Below are positions 9,876 to 19,099 of a stretch of DNA of 64,000 nucleotides, piece by piece. How positions within the stretch are numbered: position 1 is the first letter of the stretch; every line of letters starts with the position of its first letter. Made by a program: the position numbers and the translations under genes. Origin of the DNA: an uncultured Pseudobdellovibrionaceae bacterium (GTDB lineage: Bacteria; Bdellovibrionota; Bdellovibrionia; Bdellovibrionales; UBA1609); NCBI GenBank assembly GCA_963803705.1, contig CAWDNU010000004.1:64001-128000 (forward strand). The letters are read 5' to 3'. A model generated the notes under the pieces. The model worked only from the letters and a program-made list of their open reading frames with translations, made no database searches and had not been told where the DNA came from.

Positions 9876-9964
9876 GCCCCGGTGGCGAAATTGGTAGACG
9901 CACAGGACTTAAAATCCTGGGACCTTAACGGGTCGTGCCAGTTCAAGTCTGGCCCGGGGCACCA
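9876..9964 (+). tRNA. tRNA-Leu (anticodon TAA)
   Basis: Acceptor stem GCCCCGG/CCGGGGC, anticodon arm CAGGA-CTTAAAA-TCCTG, long variable arm, GTTCAAGTC T-loop, encoded CCA. Confidence 0.96.
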
Positions 9965-10732
9965 ACATTCCTAAAAAATACATGGTTGGTTGTCAGTGAT
10001 ATGAAATTATTAATATCCCATCTTAGAACCGAACATAATCAGTTAGAAAAATCAGTCAGGCAACTACCTTCACAAGTTACCCTGTAGATCATGGTGCTAC
10101 GGTTAAAACCTGCTACAAAATAGTAAATTTCTGAATCAACGCTAAATTTGATATTTTTTTTTTAACCCACTCACGCTGGACAGGTAGCTGAGTTTTATTA
10201 GAGCTAAAATTTTTAGCAAATATTTCAGTAGCATCTTCCTGAGAAATACTTTGGTTAGCCATAGAAATATTAAGATTTAGAAAAAAGAAAAGATAAAAAA
10301 ATATAATAGATTCTGCTTTGAATAGTCTTATTTACAGGAATTCAAATAAGCAACTGCAATTTAGTGAACCTTCTATGACCAGTTTAGGTCTTTAAATATA
10401 GTTTTCTGCTACCATGGTTCGAATTTCATATTTAGAATTTAACTGCCCTTTGTTTGGGCTTTAGGTTTAATAGACGAACACATCGGCTGTGCCGGGAATA
10501 TTGGTCCTGACTACTTCCCTGGATTAACTGATAATCGACAAATATAATATTTTCGCTATTGGAGTAGATATCCGCAAAATGACCGTAATTAAGTGATCAC
10601 TTCAACAAGTAGAATTAATTTTTTTTGAAGTATTAGCCTGGTAATATTGATAACTTGAAGCTAAAAATTTTAAATTTTCCTAAAAGGGTGCGGTTCAGCA
10701 CACATACTTTTAGGAAAAATTGAATTTACTCT

Positions 10733-10807
10733 TTAAATTAAGCCTGCAACTTTTAATACCGCGCCCACTACAACTACTAAACCTACCAAATAAACTACAT
10801 TTCTCAT
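10733..10807 (-). CDS. 24-aa single-pass membrane peptide MRNVVYLVGLVVVVGAVLKVAGLI (not in ORF track)
   Basis: AAGGAG RBS 6 nt before ATG; hydrophobic helix; TAA stop. Confidence 0.65.
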   Translation of the reverse strand: MRNVVYLVGLVVVVGAVLKVAGLI

Positions 10808-11113
10808 ATCGCTCTCCTTTTAAATTATATTTATAAAATTAATTTAGAATTGAAACTTATTTTCTACAACTTAAATTGCAAATTAAATTTCATTGGTACT
10901 GAGCAATTGTAAAAAACTACACATACATAACCCAGTGGGTCGAGGATGCAGCAACAGCACTGACTGAATGCTGTTCTGCATGATGGCTAAGCTTGAGGCG
11001 ATTTTATGGACTTTTCTGCACAAAATTAAAAGTTTACATGATCTTTTAAGACTTTAACAAAGCTTTACTATAGGTAATTCGTTATGAATATAAACAAATA
11101 AACAGGAGCAAAT

Positions 11114-11623
11114 ATGAGCAACGACAAAAGAGTTACAGCAATTTTTGATAGCAGACCGAAAGCTGAGGCAGCCTTAACTAGGTTGGAGACTTTGGGTTAC
11201 AGAAAAGAAGATATGACGATTCTTGTAGCAGAAAATGCTTGGAATAAAAGTAGCGATATCAAAATCACTGAAAATACAAAAGGTGCTGAAGGTGCTGCTA
11301 TTGGCGCTGGCGTTGGCGGTATAATTGGTGCAGTTGTCGGTGGCTTGACAGCTGTCGGTACTGTAGCTGCAACAGGCGGAGTAGGGTTATTGGCCGCTGG
11401 TCCATTAGTAGCAGCATTAGCTGGTGCTGGCGCTGCTGGCTCTACCGGAGGAATCGTTGGCGGCTTAGTTGGCTTAGGTTTCCCTGAAGTGGAAGCTAAG
11501 TATGTTGACGAGAAATTAGGTCGTGGATCAGTTATGATCGGTGTGGAAACTGACTCTGATAGAGCGAGTGCTTTACAGGACGCTTTGAAGCAAATGAATC
11601 CTGAGAAAGTTACAACACATTAA
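11114..11623 (+). CDS. General stress protein-like glycine-zipper membrane protein
   Basis: VTAIFDSR..AE.A...L...GY N-terminus, Gly-zipper, AGPLVAALAGAG, GLGFPE; CAGGAG RBS. Confidence 0.75.
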   Translation: MSNDKRVTAIFDSRPKAEAALTRLETLGYRKEDMTILVAENAWNKSSDIKITENTKGAEGAAIGAGVGGIIGAVVGGLTAVGTVAATGGVGLLAAGPLVAALAGAGAAGSTGGIVGGLVGLGFPEVEAKYVDEKLGRGSVMIGVETDSDRASALQDALKQMNPEKVTTH

Positions 11624-11652
11624 TTGGGATGAACCTTTTAAACTTGCAACTC

Positions 11653-11687
11653 AAAAAGACCTCTAGGCCAATCTAGGGGTCTTTTTT
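11653..11687 (+). terminator. Intrinsic (possibly bidirectional) terminator
   Basis: AAAAAGACCTCTAG-GCCAAT-CTAGGGGTCTTTTTT. Confidence 0.8.
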
Positions 11688-11727
11688 ATTATTAGGGCTC
11701 TTCTTATAATTTCCGCACCTTTACCTT

Positions 11728-11852
11728 GGGCCTGTTGAAAAAGCATCATCTTTGTTGTTGCCTTCGCTTAAATCTCATTCGACGTAGATAAACTACGACT
11801 CATTCGATTTTAAGCTTGGACGCCTAGAATCTAATACTTTTTCAACAGGCCC
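11728..11852 (-). mobile_element. 125-bp MITE, copy 2
   Basis: Reverse complement of 5795-5919 with 2 substitutions; flanking 4-bp direct repeat CCTT. Confidence 0.9.
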
Positions 11853-11949
11853 CCTTGCTAATACATGTCTTTGGCCATTAATCTTTAAAAGTCCGTGAGT
11901 GCTTAACGGCTTCATAATTTACTTAATTTTACAATTTCAAAGAGCCTAT

Positions 11950-13890
11950 ATGTACAGACCTATAATGCAAAATTGGTTTTCCCAAAAGCTATTAAATTTC
12001 ATTAAGTATAAGGTAGAAAGGTTTCTGATAAAGGGCCCTTTTTATCAGCTGCTCTTTATCGCATTCCTGATTGGAATTCTTTCTGTCTTGTGTGGAGTAA
12101 TTCTTACTTGGATCGAACCTGTAAAAGATGGTTTAGCAGAAGGTTCGTGGTGGGCCTTTTTACGAATGAGTGATCCAGGTTATTTAGGAGATGATAACGG
12201 ACTAGCTAAGCGAATTCTGGCAACAACACTAACATTGTTGGGTTACGTACTATTTATGGGTTCGTTAGTCGCTATCATGACACAGTGGCTTTACAAAACT
12301 ATGAGAGAATTGGAAGCAGGTTTCACTCCCATCACGATCCGTGGACATATTTCAATTTTAGGTTATACGAACAGAACGCCAATATTGATCGACGAGATCT
12401 TATCATCAAAGGGGCGCCTAAAAAGATTTTTAATTAGGAAGAAAGTTGCCAGTCCTCAAATTGTTATATTGAATTCTGAGGTCAATTACGAACTCACTAA
12501 TGACTTAAGCACTCACTTAAGATCAAGCGCTAAGCTTAAAAAAGTTATTTTTAGAACCGGGAATCCTATGCAAATAGATGATCTTGGTCGAGTGAATATA
12601 GAAAATAGTAGCGTGATCGTTATTCCTTCTGCAGTTTATCAAAAAGAAGGCTTTGAATATTCTGACACTAGAGCTATCAAATCGTTACTTTCAATAAAAA
12701 ATAGAGCAGAGCAAAAAGGACTACCCTTACCGATTGTAGTTACCGAAATATTGGACGATAAGAAACGAGAAGTTGCAGAGCACGCCTATGGCGAAAAACT
12801 AAGGGTTGTTTCTAGCAGAATGTTTATATCTAGATTAATAGCTCAGAACATTCAGCATCCAGGTTTATCCCTAGTTTTTTCAGAGCTTTTGTCTAATAAC
12901 TACGGCAACGAAGTCTACATAAAAAGATTTCAGTCTATGATTGGTAAATCTTGGCTGGATATCAAAACTTCTTTTTCTGATGCGATACCTATCGGGCTTA
13001 TTACTCAAAATTTGGTCGGGGCCTGTAAGCTTAATCCAGCAGATGATCTAGTGCTTGAAAGCGGTGATCTAATTGTTTTTATAGCAATGTCGTTTGAAAA
13101 CATAACCGAATGCAGTGAAGGTGAGACAAAACTCTTAGCTCGAGAAATGGAGACGTTAAAAAGATTGTCCAAAGAAAAATCTAAACACATTTTAATTCTT
13201 GGATGGAGCCAGAAGATATCAAGCCTAGGACAAGAACTGCTAAGTCACGAGTACATCGACACAAAAATCGATATCATGTCCATCATACCATCTTCGGAGC
13301 GTGAAGCTTCACTTAGAAAGTCTATAGAAAAACAGCAATTATCAAATATTACTCACATAGAAGGCGACTATTCGCAATCAAAAGATCTTAAATCTTTAGA
13401 TTTGGATAAGTACGACAATATTATTTTTTTAGCAAATGATTGGATTGGCAGTAATATTGATGCCGACGCTAGGTCGATAATGGGCTATTTACAACTCGGT
13501 CAATTAGTTAACATAAACAAATCGACACCAATATTAATTGAGCTTGCAGACCCTGAAAACGAAGCTCTCTTTACAAAAAAGTCAGGCGAAATAATTATAA
13601 GCCCGTATGTTATCAGCAATCTTTTGGCAAATGTAGCTCTTAGGCCCGACTTAAACATAGTTTTTAATGAACTTTTTCAAGCCACTGGTCACGATATATC
13701 AATCGTAGAACCAGCTTTGCTTAATTTAATAGGCAAGTCAAAATTTAGTGATATCTATAATGTTTGCCACTTAAAGGGAATGATCGCACTTGGTGTCATA
13801 AAAATGGATTATTCAGAAGCGCTAATTAATCCTAAAAAAACTGATTCCTTTGATAATATTGAAAATTATAAAATTATTGTTCTAAGATAG
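11950..13890 (+). CDS. CASTOR/POLLUX-like putative ion channel with RCK domains
   Basis: TM-pore-TM (WWAFLRMSDPGYLGDD) followed by two RCK-like domains (GHISILG, HILILGWS) and QHPGLSLVFSELLS; start uncertain. Confidence 0.8.
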   Translation: MYRPIMQNWFSQKLLNFIKYKVERFLIKGPFYQLLFIAFLIGILSVLCGVILTWIEPVKDGLAEGSWWAFLRMSDPGYLGDDNGLAKRILATTLTLLGYVLFMGSLVAIMTQWLYKTMRELEAGFTPITIRGHISILGYTNRTPILIDEILSSKGRLKRFLIRKKVASPQIVILNSEVNYELTNDLSTHLRSSAKLKKVIFRTGNPMQIDDLGRVNIENSSVIVIPSAVYQKEGFEYSDTRAIKSLLSIKNRAEQKGLPLPIVVTEILDDKKREVAEHAYGEKLRVVSSRMFISRLIAQNIQHPGLSLVFSELLSNNYGNEVYIKRFQSMIGKSWLDIKTSFSDAIPIGLITQNLVGACKLNPADDLVLESGDLIVFIAMSFENITECSEGETKLLAREMETLKRLSKEKSKHILILGWSQKISSLGQELLSHEYIDTKIDIMSIIPSSEREASLRKSIEKQQLSNITHIEGDYSQSKDLKSLDLDKYDNIIFLANDWIGSNIDADARSIMGYLQLGQLVNINKSTPILIELADPENEALFTKKSGEIIISPYVISNLLANVALRPDLNIVFNELFQATGHDISIVEPALLNLIGKSKFSDIYNVCHLKGMIALGVIKMDYSEALINPKKTDSFDNIENYKIIVLR

Positions 13891-13987
13891 AAGGAAGGTA
13901 GTCTACCAAGTCCTGAAACTTAACAGAAAAATTGGCGATTAAATTTTACTTACTTAAGGCTTAATCTAAAAAATTTTTCAGCTTAGA

Positions 13988-15187
13988 TCATAACTGCCGC
14001 GTAATCTCAGTTTGATTTAAATTTTTCATCTTCGGAGATCTTCTTTTTCGCGTTTTTTCAGGAACTAAGTCTTTCATCGATTCCAACTTGCCAAAACATA
14101 ATAACCTATCGTTGGCTTTTAAAATTCGTTCAGACTTAGGATTAGGTATAACTTTTCCTTCTGTATGCAGGGTCAGCACGTTGATATCCTTTTCCCTAAG
14201 ACCAGAGCCAATTATGGTTTCACCAATATATTCGGAGCCGCCTGGAATAAAAATTTCAGTGACCCCATAACCTTTACTGACGGTTAAGCGGTGTCTTAAA
14301 TCTATCTCCGGAAAATCAACCTGCCCAGCAATATAATCAACAAAAGAGCCTGCAATATCAAGCTTGGTGCAAGTTTCAATACCCTCTAGCCCAGGCGAAG
14401 AATTGATTTCCATAATTTGGGGACCATCTTTGCCCTCTAACATATCGACCCCAGCAATTCCCAGACCCATAATTTTTGAGGCCCTAATAGCAGTCTCTTT
14501 GTATACGTCATCGAGCTCTACTAATTCAGTAGCGCCACCCCTGTGGACATTGCTGCGAAATTCTTGCCCCTTTGCAACTCGTCTCATCGCTGCGACAACT
14601 TGGTCACCGACCACGATAGCTCGAATGTCTTTTCCTTTACTCTCTGCTACAAATTTTTGAATTAAAATATTTTGTTTTTGGCTTTGTAAAAGCTCAATGA
14701 TCGAAGTGGCCATTTCTATAGTGTGAGCTAGTAAAACCCCAATTCCCTGTGTGCCTTCTAATAATTTAATTACAACTGGTGCACCGCCAACTCTTTGGAT
14801 TGCAGGCAACACATCCATTTTGTCTTTAACAAAAGTAGTGGCAGGTATACCAATATTATGCTTACTTAAGATTTGAAAGCTTCTAAGTTTATCCCTTGAA
14901 TTTAAAATACCATCAGCAGAGTTAGCTGAGAAAACATCCATTTGCTGAAATTGACGAACAATGGCCGTTCCAAAATAGGTTAATGAGGCCCCTATACGTG
15001 GCAAGACAGCATCGTAACTTTCAAGCAACTTTTGTCGATAGTACAAGTCAGGATTTTCAGTTTCTAAATCTATAGCGAATTTTAATGTATTGAGAACTTT
15101 AACTTTGTGGCCTCTTTTCTTGGCTGCGTCTACAAGTCTTTGTGAACTGTAGTTCTTTGGTTCTCTTGATAGTATTGCTAGCTTCAT
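13988..15187 (-). CDS. rimK: RimK-family ATP-grasp alpha-L-glutamate ligase with C-terminal TrkA-C (RCK_C) domain
   Basis: MKLAILSR, SRDKLRS, GTQGIGV, FRSNVHRGG, EINSSPGLEGIE; C-terminal GLREKDINVL...IPNP...ILKANDRLLCFG. Confidence 0.9.
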   Translation of the reverse strand: MKLAILSREPKNYSSQRLVDAAKKRGHKVKVLNTLKFAIDLETENPDLYYRQKLLESYDAVLPRIGASLTYFGTAIVRQFQQMDVFSANSADGILNSRDKLRSFQILSKHNIGIPATTFVKDKMDVLPAIQRVGGAPVVIKLLEGTQGIGVLLAHTIEMATSIIELLQSQKQNILIQKFVAESKGKDIRAIVVGDQVVAAMRRVAKGQEFRSNVHRGGATELVELDDVYKETAIRASKIMGLGIAGVDMLEGKDGPQIMEINSSPGLEGIETCTKLDIAGSFVDYIAGQVDFPEIDLRHRLTVSKGYGVTEIFIPGGSEYIGETIIGSGLREKDINVLTLHTEGKVIPNPKSERILKANDRLLCFGKLESMKDLVPEKTRKRRSPKMKNLNQTEITRQL

Positions 15188-15217
15188 AATGACCCACTTT
15201 CTTAAATTGTTGTTTTT

Positions 15218-16222
15218 TTAGTTCACTTCAATATCGATATACTTTAACTCTGGAATTTCTTTTTTCAGTTGTTCTTCAATCCTATTAATTTCATCACCCA
15301 GCGCTTCAATCAAATGATCTCCAAAGTGAATCAAAAATTTCTTTTTATTTTCGTAGGTGTCTAAATCATCAAAAGCTTTTGTTAGATTCATCTTTTTAAG
15401 AAATCTTTCAGATATTACCCCTCCATCAAATTCAATTTCAGCTTTAAAGCGAAGGTCTTTCGTCCCCATAATAGCAGTTTTGATGTCATAAACTTTATCA
15501 ACCACTGGATCTTCTTTCAGAATCTTTAAAATCTTTCTTCTGCTTACCAGTGGAATTGACTGACCAACTAACAACCCTTTCGTTCGGTAAGTAATAAATA
15601 TGGCCACCAGTCCAAGCAATAGACCAATGAATATCGTGGCCATTGAATCCCATTTTGGATCACCTGTTTGGTAAGTTAAACCTAATCCAGTCGCTGCAAC
15701 CAAAACACCAAAAACAGCTACGCTGTCCTCTAAAATCACTGCCACACCAGTAGGGTCTGTTCCTTGATTAATATAATTTAAAAAGGAAAGCTTACTGTAC
15801 TTAGCCTCTGCTCGAACAGCCTTAACAGCCACAATTAAGGTAAAACCCTCCACTACAAATGCAAAAGCCAGAATTATAAAAGCAATTGAGAAGTCACTAA
15901 TCGGGTGTGGGTTTAGCAAAGTAGTTACGCCATGATAAACGGTAACTCCACAGCCTAGAAAAAAAATACCAACTGCTGAAATCAGCGCCCATATATATGT
16001 TTCTTTGACATAACCATAGGGATGTCTTTTGTCGGCTAACTTTGCAGATCGCCTAATGCCAAGTGCTAATAGGCATTGGTTAGAAACATCCGCAAACGAA
16101 TGAATACCTTCTGATAGCATGGCACTAGAGCCAGAAAAGAAAAAGGCTACAAACTTTGCAACCATAACAACAGAATTTCCTATTATAGCTGTATAAACTG
16201 CTTTGGCCGACCCGCTTTTCAT
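15218..16222 (-). CDS. Cation diffusion facilitator (ZnT9-like) transporter
   Basis: SSAMLSEGIHSFAD, HPYGY, ILEDSVAV and FKAEIEFDG motifs. Confidence 0.9.
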   Translation of the reverse strand: MKSGSAKAVYTAIIGNSVVMVAKFVAFFFSGSSAMLSEGIHSFADVSNQCLLALGIRRSAKLADKRHPYGYVKETYIWALISAVGIFFLGCGVTVYHGVTTLLNPHPISDFSIAFIILAFAFVVEGFTLIVAVKAVRAEAKYSKLSFLNYINQGTDPTGVAVILEDSVAVFGVLVAATGLGLTYQTGDPKWDSMATIFIGLLLGLVAIFITYRTKGLLVGQSIPLVSRRKILKILKEDPVVDKVYDIKTAIMGTKDLRFKAEIEFDGGVISERFLKKMNLTKAFDDLDTYENKKKFLIHFGDHLIEALGDEINRIEEQLKKEIPELKYIDIEVN

Positions 16223-16674
16223 TTTGAATTTTTCTTTTTATTAGCATGTACGAATGATTTGCCTACATTAACTGTAAATCGACTTTTTAAAGCCTTTCTG
16301 CCCAAAAGCATACGAAAACCCATAAGATCTCTGTTCACCAAAGTAACTTCAGTTTTAAATTCATGCTCGCCAAGCCTAAGTTGGACACTTATCACAGGTC
16401 GTAAGCTAATGTGCCCTGAAGAGCTCTTTATATTTCGTTGTTCCAAAATCGGCTTCTTACATTTAATAGCTGGATGACTTGAATTCTGATTTGGGTGAAT
16501 TTTAAAAGTTGCGTAATCAGTTTTTCCTTGCCTAGATATCACTAAGTCCGTCACATGAAGTGCCGATGTTCTTGCACCGGTATCGATCTTAACCTTGATT
16601 TGTTGGTCAGCCAATTCAGGTATTAAGACCTCTTCGCGCCACCCAATTTCAAGTAGCAATTTTTTTTTTCCCAT
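16219..16674 (-). CDS. RimB-like retropepsin-fold protease (ATP-dependent Zn protease family)
   Basis: GWRE, KIDTGARTSALH and FRMLLGR motifs; upstream of rimK. Confidence 0.88.
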   Translation of the reverse strand: MGKKKLLLEIGWREEVLIPELADQQIKVKIDTGARTSALHVTDLVISRQGKTDYATFKIHPNQNSSHPAIKCKKPILEQRNIKSSSGHISLRPVISVQLRLGEHEFKTEVTLVNRDLMGFRMLLGRKALKSRFTVNVGKSFVHANKKKNSK

Positions 16675-17093
16675 AAACCTCTAGTTCCTTGAAATAACAA
16701 CCTTGAAAAAGGATAAAATAATTCCAGCATTTTCGAGTCGCATAAAATTAACAAGGTATTGTTGATAGTAACACTATTCAGCTTCTTCATAAATCAATAC
16801 CCTTCAACCGCTAACTCACGCTGTCAAATAGCAATAGCTGGCTATGTTTGGTAATATTTCGGAATGAGCGCGGTTATTTTTTCTGAGAGCAAATTTAATA
16901 GTCACTTAAGCGTGCCCACATATCTGTTTAAAATTAAAGCTTTTGTTAAGGCTCTCAAATACTGCTCTATATCTTAGTTTTTTCCAGTGAATACAGCCTA
17001 AATTTAAGAAAAAAATAATCGGAAGTATTCATAAAAACACCGATAAATATATAAGAAAGTTTGTTATGTCACCAATAAAGAACTGGAGGATTC

Positions 17094-17444
17094 GTGTCTC
17101 TAAAAATTATTTATCTAGATGATGAACCAGAACTACTAGAAATGTTTAAAGATCTTTACAGTGAAGAATTTGACATAAAAACTTACAGTGTTCCTGAAAC
17201 AGCAATTGCTGAAATCAAAACCCACCCGCCAGACCTACTGATTTTAGATTATAGGCTACCTGGAACTACAGGTGATTTAGTTGCACTATCGCTCAATCAG
17301 AATATACCTAAAATACTAATAACTGGGGACTTAAATATTAAACCTGAGTCCAACTTTATTAAAATTTTTAACAAGCCATATGACTTCGAAGAGCTTTTAA
17401 ATTTTCTAATGAGTCAAAAAGCAGCTCAGAAATTGGTAGCTTAA
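17094..17444 (+). CDS. Single-domain response regulator
   Basis: LDDE, LDYRLP (phospho-Asp), ITG and KPY motifs; GGAGG RBS. Confidence 0.9.
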   Translation: MSLKIIYLDDEPELLEMFKDLYSEEFDIKTYSVPETAIAEIKTHPPDLLILDYRLPGTTGDLVALSLNQNIPKILITGDLNIKPESNFIKIFNKPYDFEELLNFLMSQKAAQKLVA

Positions 17445-17458
17445 ACATATTTAGAATT

Positions 17459-17491
17459 TAGTTTAAATGTAGTTTAAATGTAGTTCAACTG
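17459..17491 (+). repeat. 11-bp tandem repeat x3
   Basis: TAGTTTAAATG TAGTTTAAATG TAGTTCAACTG. Confidence 0.7.
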
Positions 17492-17545
17492 TGTAAAAGC
17501 TGCGGATTAATAGTAATTCCCTGCAGTTCAAACTAAAACTATCAG

Positions 17546-18718
17546 CTACTTTTCTTCTAGTCCTTCAAGACGCTCGATCTCTTGAAGAGCTTCATCGAAT
17601 CCCTCTATAACTATTTCATCATCATCAAAAGCCGCTTCTGTTTCCACTTTTTTATTTTGCTTTTTAGCAGGTGAGTCTTTTTTCTCAAACTCATCATCAT
17701 CTAATGTTAATTCCTCTGTTTCCAGAAGTTCAGGATTAGTAGATTTTATAACTGTCGGCTTAGTAGCTGCCCCTCCGCTTTTAAATAAGGCGTCTAAGCC
17801 AGTGTCATCAGTTGAATTCTTTGGATCTGTTTTATCTTTACTTTGAGCGTTCGAATCACCTTCAGCACCTTTTAAAACTTCTGATGGCCTTTGTAAGGGT
17901 TGCTTGTACAGATCAGCTTCGGAATCAGTTGGTGCCATTTTTTCTTTAGCTTCAGCTTCTTTGATTTTAAATTTTGCTTCAGACTCTTTTAAAAGTTTGT
18001 CCAAATCACCAGACTCAGGGCTAAATAGCTCATCATTTATGTCGATAGCTGGTGTATTTCTAATTTTTTTCTCTTCTTCGGCACGTAGTTTTTCTTGCGC
18101 ACGTTTTTTATCGGCCTCCGCTTTATTTTTTAGCGACTGCTCTTTTTTCTTCAATTTATCTTTTTCTTTGAGCTGTTCAGCTCGGTAGTTTTCTACAGCA
18201 TTTTCTTCAGGAACTGTTAGGCGCCCTTGCTGTAAAGGTCTAGTAGAGATTGCAAACTTACCGTTTTTGATACGTATTCGCACCAAGTAGTCTTCAAAAC
18301 CATTGGCATACTTAACTTTTAAAGGAATATAAATAATATCTTTGATTGAATTTACTTGAAACTCGAGCTCGGATCTTTTTTGTTCGTTAAAATCCATTCG
18401 ATAATTTGTCATCGAAAACTTAGAAATACATCTTTGCGCAATTTCATCTGATACAAAGTCCCTAAATTCGTCAAGAAATTCTAGACGCTTACCTTTTTCA
18501 GAAAAAACTTTTAAACTAATTTGAAGTCCGCCAATTACGGACTTGTCAAAAGTTACAGCATACCAAACCAAACTACTTAATTGTCTTTTTGGTTTAAGTA
18601 AATATTGTTTACCTAAGACAAAGGTCGCAGAATATGCGTTTAGTGCAAAACTAAAAACTACCAAAAATAGCATCAGTTTTTTAAATAGTTTTAAACCGCC
18701 TAAGCATTTGAAATTCAT
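17546..18718 (-). CDS. Exported hypothetical protein with coiled coil and acidic C-terminal region
   Basis: Long ORF, signal-like N-terminus, K/E-rich coiled segment. Confidence 0.7.
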   Translation of the reverse strand: MNFKCLGGLKLFKKLMLFLVVFSFALNAYSATFVLGKQYLLKPKRQLSSLVWYAVTFDKSVIGGLQISLKVFSEKGKRLEFLDEFRDFVSDEIAQRCISKFSMTNYRMDFNEQKRSELEFQVNSIKDIIYIPLKVKYANGFEDYLVRIRIKNGKFAISTRPLQQGRLTVPEENAVENYRAEQLKEKDKLKKKEQSLKNKAEADKKRAQEKLRAEEEKKIRNTPAIDINDELFSPESGDLDKLLKESEAKFKIKEAEAKEKMAPTDSEADLYKQPLQRPSEVLKGAEGDSNAQSKDKTDPKNSTDDTGLDALFKSGGAATKPTVIKSTNPELLETEELTLDDDEFEKKDSPAKKQNKKVETEAAFDDDEIVIEGFDEALQEIERLEGLEEK

Positions 18719-19099
18719 ACTCTTTTGTTTTCGGTTAACACTGAGTAAACATTAATAGCGCAACTAATCTATAGTCTATGGTTAAAGTGAAAATCGTAGT
18801 AGATTTACTTATGGCCTGCCTACTTGTGTACATTTCTAAACAAAGTGTATAAACTTTTGACAGTTTGCGAACTGAAAAAGTCACTAACGTCACCGGGCTT
18901 TTCTCAAACCAAAGCCTATCCAGATGACGAAAATTGTCGCGTTTCAGCTTAAAAGCAATGAGGTGTTGACTCTAAAACCATTTTTTTGTTTATTGCATGG
19001 TTCGATTATTGCTTTATGAGTACCATGATTTGCATATTTTCTTCTTTACTCTTACCTGTGCTAAGTAAGTTTAAGACTTTTGGGGGCTTAAGGTTAACG

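Noticed and set aside
9876..17500. Integrative element at tRNA-Leu
   Set aside because: No integrase and no duplicated tRNA 3' end found
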